Positions 1-18,590 of a DNA stretch of 64,000 nucleotides are shown here, piece by piece (position 1 is the stretch's first letter; every line of letters begins with the position of its first letter). This stretch comes from the human T2T-CHM13v2.0 reference genome, Homo sapiens. Location: the NCBI RefSeq assembly GCF_009914755.1, contig NC_060941.1, one strand, 5' to 3'. The notes under the pieces are model-generated. The model made no database searches. It was not told the DNA's origin and worked only from the letters and a program-made list of their open reading frames with translations. Made by a program: the position numbers and the translations under genes.

Positions 1-167
1 TTGACACCAATTACTGCCTATTATTACTGAAGTTTGTTCTTTTATTGAATTTCTACTAGGTCTTCTATGACATATTAAATTAGAGTGGAATTTTAATCAC
101 TTTAACTGATAGTTTTCTAGTCTTGCCTTCACGATTTTTTGATTCAATACAGTATGTATTAAATGCT

Positions 168-501
<334 letters not shown>

Positions 502-515
502 TAACAGTAAACCCA

Positions 516-1869
<1,354 letters not shown>

Positions 1870-2229
1870 CAGGTAACCATGAGTATAACTGGCCAGTGCT
1901 ATAGCAAGAATTAAGCAACTTTCATCTGCCCACTCGGAAGAGCTTGCATTAACAGTTTCTAAGCAGAAAAGGCAAAATCCTACCAAAGGTCTCCAAGACC
2001 TTGGGTGATCTAGCTATGCCTTTCCCTCCCTCCTTTCCTCATTAACTTCATCTGCTACTCCTCCTCTTCACTATAGCCATTCTGGTCTCCTCACTTATCT
2101 TAGAATAGGGTATGCTGCCACCTCATGACCTTTTAATTGACTATTGTCCTTGTCTGGAATGTGCCTTCTCCTAGTCTCCATATCGTATAGCTTACTTACT
2201 TACTTTAGGTTTTTACTAAAGTAGTACCC

Positions 2230-2612
<383 letters not shown>

Positions 2613-3603
2613 AAATAGTACCTTTTTAATAAAAGATTTTCTCACTTCACTCCCAGTACTACCAGTCTCCCTTATTTTTACCCCATAGCATTTCATTATA
2701 TTTTAATTACTACTTAATTATTTATTACCACCTCCTGCTCCTCTCCTACTAGAATGCAAATTCCAAAGGAACAGCAGTTTTTGTCTATGTTTTTCCCACC
2801 ACTGCTATGTCTCCCAGGGCCTGGAACGATGTCTGGCACACAGTAGGTGCTAGATAAATATTTGTTGTTGAATGAGTCTTTTTGCTTTCATTTAGGAAAG
2901 TATTAACCAGCATCAGATTCATCTAGTTCTTGAACCAAACTAAGCAAGGCTATCTCTTCATCTTAACAAACAGAGTATCCCTAAACACAGCCTCTGCCTG
3001 TTGTTTCTCAGCAGCCTTGCGTTCTATCCTCTGACTCTGATACAATACCCTTTTATCTGGATAGGTCTGGTCCTGGTCCCAAGTTTAATCTGAAGACTAC
3101 AATCACAAATTCATTTTCTCTCAAGTAGGCAGAGCAAATATTAGAAGCTGTTGCTTCCTTGATATTAGGAAAGGCAAGATCACAGCACATTAATGGACCC
3201 TGTTTTCAAAACTGGAGATGACTAGGAACATAGCACATGTTAACTGTGCTCACATTTTGGGAATTTTTTCTGTTGCTAACTTACGTCTGTATGTCTCTTT
3301 AAAATAAAACCAAATTGCCACCATGAGACTATTAAATTATTATCCTAAAGAGCCTTAGACTATTTTGGTTAATTTAATATTTCTAGAGTAAATTTGGAAG
3401 CTCAAAATCAGAGTAAATGAGGAAGTTCAAGGATGCTCTTACAAGTGTTTTGGAGCCTCAGGGAAAACCGAAATCATTTAGATGCCCGACAGGAAATGGT
3501 GCTGAGCAAGCCCTTTTTACTGTGAAAACAGAAGAACCCTGTCTTTTTCCTAATCCTGATAGACACAAAAGTGTAAGGAGGCAAACTTTAAAAGCAAGTG
3601 CCT

Positions 3604-3884
3604 GCTGGGCACGGTGGCTCACGCCTGTAATCCCAGCACTTTGGGAGGCTGAGGCGGCAGATCACTTGAGGTCAGGAGTTCAAGACCAGCCTGGCCAACA
3701 TGGCGAAACCCCATCTCTACCAAAAATACAAAAATTAGCCGGGTGTAGTGGCATGCGCCTGTAGTCCCAGCTACTCGGGAGGCTGAGGCAGGAAAATCAC
3801 AAACTCAGGAGGCAGAGGCTGCAGTGAGCTGAGATCCCACCACTGCACTCCAGCCTGGGTGACAGAGCAAGACTCCGTCTCAAA
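3604..3884 (+). mobile_element. Alu (AluS-like)
   Basis: Alu consensus dimer. Confidence 0.9.
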
Positions 3885-4221
3885 AGCTAGGGCAAAAAAG
3901 TTGTCTTTTAGCAATAGATATTCATTATTTCTCTTTACTTTTAAGAAAACAATTTTTTCAGGTATTCAAAACAGTCTTTTGCCTTTAAATGGAAAAAAAA
4001 GTTTTTAAAAAAGGGTAGTCATCTAGCACTTTTCAATATCAGGTTTTTCTTTACTTGCTATTAGAAAGTTTACTTTGGTGGGAAATCGGTGTGATAAGGA
4101 GTGAAAAGACTGAGACACATAAACTGAAATTCAACTTTGGAAATGAATTTTTTTCACTCAGTGAGACTTAAAAAATGAACCACCCAGCTGCACTGGATTT
4201 TGTGTTGGAACTTTGAGGGTG

Positions 4222-4535
4222 TTTTTTTTTGTTTTGTTTTGTTTTTTGGAGACAGCATTCTCACACTGTCTCCCAGGCAGGAGTGCAGTGGCGTGATCAC
4301 AGCTTACTGCAGCCTTGACCTCCCAGACTCAAGCAATTGTCTCACCTCAACCTGACCAGTAGTTGGGACTGTAGGTGTGCACCACCATGCCTGGCTAATT
4401 TTTTATTTTTATTTTTGTAAAGATGAAATCTCACCATGTTGCCCAGGCTGGTCTGAAACTCCTGGGCTCAAGCAGTCTTCTGCCTTGGCCTCCCAAATTG
4501 CTGGGATCACAGACAGGTGTGAGCCATGCCTGGCC
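4222..4535 (-). mobile_element. Alu (AluJ-like)
   Basis: Antisense Alu dimer. Confidence 0.88.
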
Positions 4536-5704
4536 TCCACAGTTTAGATGGCTGCAGTGATGGCTATGGGTGGGCTACTTTTTCTATCCTCCACAAAGGT
4601 AGTCTTTCATGAAAATTGTGACCTACTCACCCTTTTTCCAAATGGCTTTACAGGGGCAGGGTGGGGGATTCTCTTTTAAAGAAGTACTTGAGAATCTATT
4701 TCAGTTGCAAAATAGTTAACAAAATTTGATTTGAGTAGTTCTGACCTTGCTGTGCTTTGGACTCCCATTTGACAGCCCTGAAGGTTCGTCATTCTAATTT
4801 ACTCCTGCCCAAATGGTGATTTTGACAGTTTAATCCAAAGTCTTTTAAAGCAATGTCTATTCATACCACTTTACAATCTTTATCTAATCTTTAGTGTTCT
4901 GAAGATTTAATTTGCTGACATTTCTAATTTATGGTCTAAATTATTTGAGAGTTTTTTGAGATTGAGATTAAGCAGATCTCATAGCAGAATGGGTACTACA
5001 GGAGAAGTCATAGTATTTCAGTTTCAGTGTCTTTTGGTTTCTGTTGGCTTCCTTTCGAATCAAGGCTTTACTAAGAGAGATTGGCTCTTAGGAGCTCATT
5101 GCCTTTTTAAAGCCCAATAATTATATGTGCTACTAGAGGATTTACAATTTTAGAGATCATCTGGAGGGCTCTGTTCAAAGCTTTCATTTCTGGTTCTGAG
5201 AACTGTTTAAATATGGAAACTTCAAACGCTGAAGTGCATATTAGGGACATGGAACCACTGCCTAATCTGTCAAATTTTCCCTATAAAGGGTTCCACTGTT
5301 CACATACTCTTAACGAACAATGTCCTAATGTCTCCTGAGAATAAATCAGTATGGCTTTATACTCAGGATGAACAGCAGTTTGGTACCATTTGAGGCCTCC
5401 TCAGCTATCATGTAATACCCCTGATCTATTGGGTGGACTGAGAAAGAATATGGGAAGAGAGTTCTTGTTTGAATCCTAGCCTTGGAAGTGAACTAAAGAC
5501 GCTGTCCAGTTTAAAATGGAATTAGCACTGGAAGGAAAGTCAATTGACATTTCCTGTGGTTCATTACTCTTTCTGCTATGTTTTTAACTCTATCAGATAC
5601 TGTCTAATATCATAAATAGACCTTTCTGTTTTGTCAGGGTCTCTGAGAATTCCCAGATAATTCATTGGTCAATAGAGTTTGAAATGCTATTTAAACTTTG
5701 GGTC

Positions 5705-6047
5705 ACCAAGCACAGTGGCTCATGCCTGTGTAATCCCAGCACTTTGGGAGGTCAAGGTGGGAGGATCGCTTGGGGTCCAGGAGTTTGAGACTAGCCTGGG
5801 CAACATAGTAAGACTAGTATGTCTAGTCTATTCCAGTATGTAGACTAGTGTCTACAAAAATAACAGAGTTAGCCAAGCATGGTGGCACATGCGTGTAGTT
5901 TCAGCTACTCACGAGGCTGAGATGGGAGGATCACTTGAGCCCAGGAGGTCAAGGCTGCAGTGAGCTGTGATTATGCCTCCACACTCCAGCCTGGGTGACA
6001 GAGCAAGACCCTGTATCAAAAAAGAAATTAAAATAAATAAAATAAAC
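5705..6047 (+). mobile_element. Alu (AluJ-like) with an internal palindromic insertion
   Basis: Alu dimer with extra sequence at 5811-5855. Confidence 0.88.
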
Positions 6048-7529
6048 TTAAGATGGTAGATACCTTTTGGCGTTGATTAGAAATGCAGAACTACATGTTA
6101 ATTTAACTCCAGCACCTAGCAGAAACGGCCGCTTCTGCTTGAGTCTCAGATGATATATATCACATAGTTGGAGTAAGTACCATTAAAAACCTGTCACTCC
6201 GAGCCATTCCCCTAGGATCTGTTGACTAGGTTGTGTGGTACTTAAAACACATCTGAATCATCATTCCTCAGAGAACTGGAGATGGTTGACGTCACTGCCT
6301 GGTCCTAGCTTGGACCAGCCTGCATATAATCATTCCAAAAGCTAAAAGGAGAAGAGAAATAAAAGAAAAAAATAATTCTTCAGAAATGTGGAAAGGTCAC
6401 AAGTGACGTTATGGAAGAGCAGATGATATAATCTCAAAGGCGAGCCCTGTACTATTTCACTTGGTTTTCCTTGTGGCAGTGCCTCCTTTGGTTACCTGTG
6501 GTGAGAGGTCGGGTAAGAGGCCTCATTTGCCAGAGTTCAGACTGAGTTCATGTTATACCTTTTTATAGTACTTTTGAGTATACTGGTACAAGGTTAGAAT
6601 ATTAATTTAGCCTGTTCATCTCCAGCTGTCCCACCATAAAGAGATTGTAGCTCCTGCAGCAGGCTTTCTATACTATGGAAAGAAACTAATTGCTGGTTAC
6701 AGGCTTAAGCTGACAGGTTGTTCTTTCCTTAGCAGCCTCTTAAAGTAACTTTAAACAATCATTGTTATTATTAAGCATTTATAGCCTGCTTTTGTGTTTT
6801 CAAAGTGCCTTATAATTTCTGTTTGCTTTCCTATTGATGTCCCTAAAAAGCAAGTTAATATTGTTATGGTCACATGTTGCACATGACATACCAAAGAAAC
6901 AGAGGGTTAGGTAATCTTCTTGGTACCATCTGTGATCTGCTTTGGGCATTCTCAAAGCAGAAGCTGAGGTGTGCATTCTCTTCCTTCACTCATTGAACCC
7001 ATTTTCTCACTGCTTGCTTTAGTGTGTGTGTATTGTGGCTTTTATACTTTTTTGACTGCAACTTACAGTAAGAAATGTATTTTACATAGTGTATACACAC
7101 ACAATATGTAAAACTGAACAGTTTCAGGAAATATTACTTACTCTTCATGAGATGCACTGTGATATTTTTCATTTTATTTTTTTAATGCCAGTTTGAACCC
7201 ACTTAGTTAATTTTAAGAACTACCGGTTGGTCATGACCCACCAAGCTAGGGATACTTGAAGCTAAAGGATACACAATAGCACATTTTCCTAGAGCATCAG
7301 TTTTATTGAAAGGTAAAGAGAGAAACACATATTAAAACATATATGGGTACATTATGGGATTTAGCATGGAACTTCAAAGATATTTTGTTCTTATGATAGT
7401 CTACTTCATATTATACCCCTAATCTTGACCCAGCCCCATGCCTCCTTCACAGTATGTGTCCATTCTTTCCTCTTCTATTACGGGAAATACACTAGAAAAA
7501 TGTGAGAAGTACTGTGCTTTTGGGACTTG

Positions 7530-7843
7530 TTTGTTCGTTTGTGAGACAGGATCTCACTCTGTTGCCCAGGCTGGAGTACAGTGGTGCAGTCATAGTTCAC
7601 TGTAACCTTGAACTCCTGGACCCCTATCCTCCTATCCTCTTATCCTCGTGCTTCAGCCTCCTGAGTAACTGGGACCAAAGGCTCATGCCACTGCAGTCAG
7701 CTTTTTTTGTTTTGTTTTGATAGAGACAAGGTCTCACTTAGGTTGCCCAAGCTTGTCTCGAACTCCTGGCCTTAAGTGATCCTCCTTCCGCCTTTGGTCT
7801 CCCATAGTGCTGGGATTACAGGAGTGAGCCACTGTACCAAGCC
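7530..7843 (-). mobile_element. Alu (AluJ-like)
   Basis: Antisense Alu dimer. Confidence 0.85.
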
Positions 7844-8734
7844 CCATAGAACTTTTAAGTTCATTATTGTGTAAACCCAAGTGAGGTCAGAAACTTTGTA
7901 TAGTTTATTTTACAACTGTTATTCTTACTCAGCACCTATTCTGTGCCAGTCACTATTCTAGAAACTGAGAATATTGTGACAAATAGAAGACAGGAATTCT
8001 TTCCCTCATGGAATTTATATTCTACCACAAGTGGGGTATGTGGCATGGGGACAGGCAATAAACCGGCAAATCAGTACAATACATAGTATATCAGATGGTA
8101 GGGAGGACAGTGGAAAAATATAAAAGAAGTATTGGGACAGTGGAAAAATATAAACTGGAGTTGGAGGTTGGGTGGTACAGTTTTACAAAAATATGTTGGT
8201 CATGGAAGACCTATCTGAAAAGATAATATTTGGTTAAAGCAAAGACTCAAAGGAGACAGGGAAAGAATCATGGATTTCTGGAGGAAGAGCATTGTAGACA
8301 GAAGAAACAGCAAATGCAAAAAGCCATGAAGTAGGAGTGTACCTGCTATGTGCAAGGAAGGAACAACAGGCTCCTGCAGCTGGATTAGAGCTAGCAAGGA
8401 GGAGAGTATTAGCACGACCTCAGAGAGGTTGGAGGAGTTGGATTATAGGCAATTGCAACTTGGTTTTTATTCTGAGTGAGATGGAAAGGTTTGAGCAGAG
8501 AAATATTTATGAGCTGACCTACATTTTAAGATCACTCTGGCTGCTATGTTGAGCATATACTGGGGAAGCTAGGTGCTGTGAAGGGAATGTATAGGGGGAT
8601 GTGGCTGGAAGACTAGTGGAGAGGCAGAGAGACTGTTAAAGGCTTTGCAGAATCCCATAGTAGTTACCGAGTTTGGAAAGACAGCAGGAGGTTGTATTTG
8701 GAGGTGGGGAGGGGAGATTAAGAGTTTGGTTTTA

Positions 8735-9757
<1,023 letters not shown>

Positions 9758-10672
9758 GTTCAGTTTTAGACATATTCTTTTTGAGCAACCTATTATCCAA
9801 GTGAAGATATTAAGTAGGCAGTTGGTTATATATGTGATCATTGATTTCCCTCAAGCAATCTAGGCATGATGTTATAGCTTTTGGAAAATAGTTTAGAACT
9901 TGTCTGGATTATATCTTCCTACTATCTCTACCTGTTGGGATAGTGAATTTTTAAATAAGAAAACAAGAAACTGTCTTTCTCTTTTCCTGTCTCCCTCCAA
10001 CAACAATATCATGCTCTTTAAAGCTGATTTAGTTATATTTAAGAGCAATCAGCATCAGGATTGGAATTAAACTGGCTTCATACTGTGTTTTTCCCTTGGT
10101 TCTTTTTTAACACCCAAAATATGATTGGCATATCCTTGGAGGACCTAGCATTCTTTGGGTTGTGATCCACTACCTGTGTTGTCCTTTCTTAGCATGTAGA
10201 TATTATTTAACTCAGTGATTTGAAACCAAAAGAACCCATACATCATCCCATCCCCCCATTCCTGCCTCATTGAGAATCAGTGTGCCTAATCAGAGATGTT
10301 GCTGATGGGATTCTGTTATGTATATGAATGATATGGAGGTAGAAAAAATGTTGAGAAACACAGTGTTTCATTTTTATTTGTTCAACATCTTCCACTTATT
10401 TTCATGCAACAAATATTTTTTGAGGTAGTCAATATGCTAGCGAAGATGAGAGACAGACCCTCCACTCAAGGAGCTCATTGTATTATAGGTGAGCCGGAAG
10501 TAAGCCATTATTATATGCTATCATAGAATTGTATGCGTTGGGTGCTGTGGGGAGGTGTTAGAGCTTTCTGGGAAGTGTTAATCTTGAACTGAACCTTAAG
10601 GTTAAATAGGTATTTTCCAGACAGTGCTAAGCTTAAGGAGAAGAAAATATTAAGCAGAAAGAACAACATATA

Positions 10673-11120
<448 letters not shown>

Positions 11121-11432
11121 CTAGCCTAGAGTGAAAATATGAGAGCTGCAAAATACAGATTTTGAAAAGCTAATGTAAAAGAGATGAACTGCTTCCCCCA
11201 ATGAATGACCTGTGTAGTTGATCCTATAAAGAGATGACAATTTACCAAGGCAGTAGCAAAAGGAATCATTAAGCTAACAATCTGCCGATAAGCCTTTTAA
11301 AAAGTCTCTTCTAATCTCTTTTTTAACATAATAGTAGTACTACATCTGAGCATATGTAAGATTTCAGATAAGTCTAATGTGGTTATCCTTAATTAGGATG
11401 CTGAGTAAAAAAGGTAAAACAGGAGATGGTGA

Positions 11433-11764
<332 letters not shown>

Positions 11765-12570
11765 AATTTTTCTTTTTTGAACAGACACTTTCTACAGTAC
11801 TTATGAGTCAAGGCTGTTCACTGTGCTGTGCAAATATTAACTCATTATCCTCATAACAACCCCATGAATTTAGTACTTTGTGATCTACATTTTACAGACA
11901 GGAAACTGTCAGAGTCAGAATTTGAAATCAGGTGTTCTGGCTCCCAAGTCCATGCTGTGAACCTCTGTATCTGCCGCTTCTGATGTGTGGGTATCCTAGC
12001 TCCTCAGAAAATTGTTCTACAGTAGAAGTCCCAGGAAAGCCCTCAGGGTGTCCCAAAACTCCTGAAATTCTATGGCAAAATGTTGTGTGTACATTTTTCA
12101 GCAAGAGAGTCAGTGGCTTTCCTCTGTTTGTCCAAAGGGTCTACAGTGCAGAACAGTTTAGCACCACTTACCTAGAGGACCTTTTTGTGTCCTTTCCATT
12201 GTTAAAAGGCTCCTGTTGGCATAAGGATTCTTTTGGAAGAACAAGATGTTTACAAACCCATTCAGACTTCTTAGATAACAATGTTCTAAATTAATTGCTT
12301 ATCCGGTTGATCTTCCTGGGAACTTTTTCCCAAATATTTATGCCAGGTCCCAGATTCAGAGATTGTAATTATTTCATGTAGGGTAGGGCCTGGCATCTGT
12401 TTTGAAAAGCCTTTCCAGATGATTCTGATACAGGTCTTCAGTTAAGAACCACTAATATTATCCTCTAGAGAATGGGGATACTACTTTATAGTCAAAGATA
12501 ATCACTTGCATTTCACATGAGACCTTTACATGACCCACCATTAGCCTACCCCCATCACCCCAGTTTTCAC

Positions 12571-12872
<302 letters not shown>

Positions 12873-13056
12873 CCCAGTTTTCACTTCTAAATGTTCTTTA
12901 CAGAGCCTAGCGCTGTCTCAAGATCTTCTTGGTGCCCTTATTTGAAATAAGAATTCTCCTCCCTTACCTGCCAAGTACCAGATGAGTTAGAAAATACTCT
13001 TTCCCGGAAGCCCACGGCTGGCATCAATCTTTGAAAGTAGTGCTCTGGTACATCCC

Positions 13057-13672
<616 letters not shown>

Positions 13673-15145
13673 CCATGCTCTAGTACATCCTAAAGAATGC
13701 CTTTAGTTCCTCTTTCCTGACATTACTCTGCTTAAATTCCCCAGATTCAAGCTTTTTGAGAATCCTATCTCAGCATTTTGGGCATCAGGCCATGTTATAT
13801 ATAGGTCACAAACTCCTAGCCTTGTTAGTTGACAGGTTAAAAGCAAGGAGAATAATTGGATGGACACTTCTGGGAGAGAGAACGCAAATATTATGGAGAA
13901 GGGAATACAGGCACCATTTAAAGTAAGGAAGGTAAGTTGATACTAAATGTAGAAGGACTGGAAGTACTTTAGAAAGAGGATATTTGGATCTCATAGCCAC
14001 AGTTTTAAGAGGTCAGTATGCTGTTGAAGTGTAGACATTTGCCATAAAAGACAGAGAGTGAGAATAGTGTACTAGATAAGCACTTTTTAACTCTGTTTTT
14101 AGAGCAAAATGAGAAAGAAACAGGTATAGTTACTGATCATAGAACTTGCTCAGATAAATGTTTTCCTACAGCGCTAAGAGCATAGATAGGAAAGTCATTA
14201 GTGACAGAAACCAGTGGGAGGTGGTGACTTAGAGCAAGTCTCCTCCTACTCCCTCTTCTTACAGTATAAGGGCCTTATGATGTGCTGCTGTGCAATCTGC
14301 CTGTTCCTGAATGTATATACCAATCAGTGTTGCCCTGAATAAAAGTACTTACTGTAGCTTTAAAAAAAAAAAACAAACAAACAGGATGCTCTGAATTAAG
14401 CAGGCTATGGTAGAATCATAGTCGAGAAGTTTGTATTGTGAGAAGAAAATTTATTTATTTGCTCGCTTAAAGGTTTTTTGTTCTTATAGTCATCAGGTTT
14501 ACCAGTGTTGGGCCAAACAAGCTTTTTCCAACCATAAGACCTGGGAAATAAGGTTTTATAAAAGAAACAACTTTAAAACTGATATTTAAAAAAATAAAAA
14601 ATAAGAGATAGTATGGCACTAGTTATTGTGGGGAGAAATAAAAATCAAGGTTTAGCGTCAAGTTTCTGTTTGAATCGTAATTCTTCTGTGTACTAGCTAC
14701 ATGACTCTGGATGTTACTTAGTCTTTCTAAACCTGAGTTTCATTATCTGCGAAATGAGAGGGGAATGATATCTACTTTGTTTGAGATCATTATAGTGTGA
14801 GTTAGAAATAATATCATTAATAGGTAACTTAGTAAGTGGTAGCAGCTACTATTAATAATCATAGAGAAAAAAATCACAGACTAGATTATTCCTGGTATAC
14901 AAGTTGTGCCTTGAAGACAGGCCTTCTGGAAGGAGGTAGAGTTGCAGGTTGTCACAGTTCTATGACAATGGAGTAAGTAAGGGTGTGCTTTGCAGTATAT
15001 GGGCCAGTTTGTTTGATTTGGGGAGACCTGCACTGAGAGAAAGAGGAAGGAAATAGGGAGGCCTATTTCTAGACACAGCGCTGTTCTTTTCCTCCTACCT
15101 GGCTCCCTGCGATGTCCTCATTTGACCTTGTTGCTTTCCTGGCAG

Positions 15146-15230
15146 GTGGCTGTGAAAAACAATATCGATGTCTTCTACTTCAGCTGCCTCATCCCACTCA
15201 ATGTGCTTTTTGTAGAAGATGGCAAAATGG
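15146..15230 (+). CDS. AP2B1: AP-2 complex subunit beta, coding exon (4th from last), VAVKNNIDVFYFSCLIPLNVLFVEDGKM
   Basis: Pyrimidine tract + CAG acceptor at 15143-15145, GTAAGT donor at 15231; 85 nt; peptide matches the beta2-adaptin appendage. Confidence 0.97.
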
Positions 15231-16155
15231 GTAAGTACCTTCCTGCCTGTCCTGCTGAATATACCTTTGCCCTTCCTGTGCATGTCAGGCAGAGCATAGC
15301 CCCAGAAGTTTTGAGTTATTTTGAGGTTAAAAAAAAATGGGTTAAGGATATTCTAAAGCTCTTAATAATTGCTCATTATTTATTCTCCTGTGTCACAATT
15401 GTTCTTGCTCTGCCATTGGTCTCTAAATCACAGTGCCCAATATCTGAATAATCCAGTCACCCCAGGATACAGAATAAGAGGTTTGGGGACCAGGTAAATA
15501 TGGATTTGAATCTCAGCTCTGCTATTTATTTGCTGTGTGACTGGTCAAGGTGATAAACTTTTTGGAACTTCCGCTTCCAAATTTGCAGTGTAAATAATTT
15601 TTATAATTATTTCATGAGATAATACATGTAAATTTAGCACTTTACTCTGTACTAAGTTCATACTGCCTCAAGCTAAGAATTCAGTAATTTGTAATAAACC
15701 GTCAGAACTCCCGATGTGCCTATTGACATTTCTCTCTTCCCTTATTTATGAATCACAATCTAATAAAACTGGCTTATATTGGTGCATATTAAACTATGTT
15801 GGCACTTAATTGATTTGATTCTTACAATAGCTCTTGGAGTAGGCAGGACAGATGTAATTATAGATAAAGAAATTAAGGCTCAGAAAGGTCATAAGTCACC
15901 AAAATAGGAAAACAAGGGAGCCAAAATGAAACCCTAGATATAGACTCTTTTCCAATTATCCTAGTGTTACTGATGACGGATTAATTGATCTGAAGTATAG
16001 CACTTTTGTAGAGCTCAGCATTGGCTCCATTCCCAGCCTGCTGCTAGCTGTATTGCAAGAGCCAGCATGCCAAAGGAAAAATGATGCAAGGCATCGAAAA
16101 TCAGAATACTGACAGCTTATGCACATCCATCCTTCCCCTCTGCTTTCCCATACAG

Positions 16156-16242
16156 AGCGCCAGGTCTTCCTTGCAACATGGAAGGATATTCCCAATGAAA
16201 ATGAACTTCAGTTTCAGATTAAGGAATGTCATTTAAATGCTG
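16156..16242 (+). CDS. AP2B1: AP2B1 coding exon (3rd from last), ERQVFLATWKDIPNENELQFQIKECHLNA
   Basis: tttcccatacag acceptor, gtgagt donor at 16243; 87 nt; phase 1 continues in frame from the previous exon. Confidence 0.97.
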
Positions 16243-16631
16243 GTGAGTAATATACTCTAAATTTCAGTTTCATCTTAGTAAATCAAATTAGATATTTGAA
16301 ATTTTAATCTTTCTTTTGCCTACCCTTTTATCCTCCCCCGTATCTACTATGTTTCTAGTGGGTATATATGGTAGATGCATTACTTTGCAAACCTCTGTTT
16401 AAAAACGTGATATGTTTTGATGTAGGTACTAGATTACTTACAAGCTAACATTTAAGAAACAAGCTAGAATCGACCCATCTACCCATTTCTTCACTAAAGA
16501 TGTGTTAGTTCTGTTACTTAAACATCCTAATAATCAAAAACTGAAGTGGCACTTGAGAACATGCACTCCCTTAGTAATTGAAAGGACCATTTTCTTCTTT
16601 TATATCAATTTTTGGTGTTGGAGGAAGGTTA

Positions 16632-16841
<210 letters not shown>

Positions 16842-17332
16842 CTAGTTGGTAACCTTTTACTACACTGCCCTGTGCCACCTTTCATATGATGATACTAACC
16901 TCTTTAATCACCATTAAAGAGCTCCGTACTCTTTCATAGTTAACTTTGTTACTGTAAAAGAACATGAAAGGGGTATCCCAAGAAGAGAAACAATAGCAGC
17001 TATTAGTCCCTTGGGCTGTGTTTCTCTGAAGGATTTCTCAGGAATGAAAGGAGCCCTAAGTTATTTAGAGTCCTGCCTTTGTTTCACTGTTGCTCTCTCT
17101 TTCTCTTTAGAGCTCTTTCTTTCTCTCCTTTTGAAGTTAGTACTAGGCTTTGTGAGTTTGAATGAAAGTGAGCCTTGGTGCTTGGTCGGTACCTCCTCTT
17201 TCCTCATTTACCCCTCATTTACTCCTGCATACATTGGTGGTTCTCATAAGGGATTTCCAGCACATTGCCATCCTCCCATTGCAGCTGGAGCATAGCACTG
17301 GGGAAAGGAGGCAACACGGCAGCACAGAAAGC

Positions 17333-17364
<32 letters not shown>

Positions 17365-17367
17365 TAA

Positions 17368-17692
<325 letters not shown>

Positions 17693-18268
17693 CAGCTTTT
17701 TAATTTTAGTTTTTTATGGCTCTATGTAATATTCATCTTCTGTGTTCAGATGAATCTTATAGGGCTTTTGAAATCCAACATCATAGTGATCAGCTTTATC
17801 CTGTGATACCTCTTTTAAATGTGATGCTCCTATAGGCCCTCTCTGAGACATTCAGGAGACTGAAGCCCTCCTGGAACCCTCAGAATAAAAGACATTCAGA
17901 CAGGCATCTTTGCATATAGAAACTTCAGGCAGATGTTTGCCTCTGATAATTGTTTCACGTCTCTGGAGCTCTTGGAGAGGTGTTTGAAGCATGGTCTTCT
18001 GTAATTTCCATCATAATAATTAATTGTTTCAATTAATTCAGTAATAATTGATTTTTTTCATTTTGTGTCATATTTGAAGAAGATGACAGTGTCATCTTTC
18101 CCTCACTTTGAGGCTCACTGGTGGATCCTATTAGAGGAGCCACCTCTGTACCCAGCTAGGAAGAGACCAGGCCCCTGGTTATATTCACCTTTGTGGGAGT
18201 TGGTTCAATGGCAACATTTCAAATAGAATGTTCCTCAGAACACTTTTCCCTTATGAAAAAGGGTTTTG

Positions 18269-18590
18269 GGCCGGGCACAGTGGCTCATGCCTGTAATCCC
18301 AGCACTTTGGGAGGCCGAGGTGGGCAGATCACGAGGTCAGGAGATCGAGACCATCCTGGCTAACATGGTGAAACCCTGTCTCTACTAAAAATACAAAAAA
18401 TTAGCCAGGCGTGGTGGCGGGCACCTGTGGTCTCAGCTACTCGGGAGGCTGAGGCAGGAGAATCAGCTTGGATCCAGGAGGCGGAGCTTGCAGTGAGCCA
18501 AGATCGCACCACTGCACTCCAGCCTGGGTGACAGAGCGAGACTCCGTCTCAAAAAAAAAATAAAAATAAAAATAAAACAAAGAAAAAAAG
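18269..18590 (+). mobile_element. Alu (AluY/Sc-like)
   Basis: Full dimer with tail. Confidence 0.92.
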
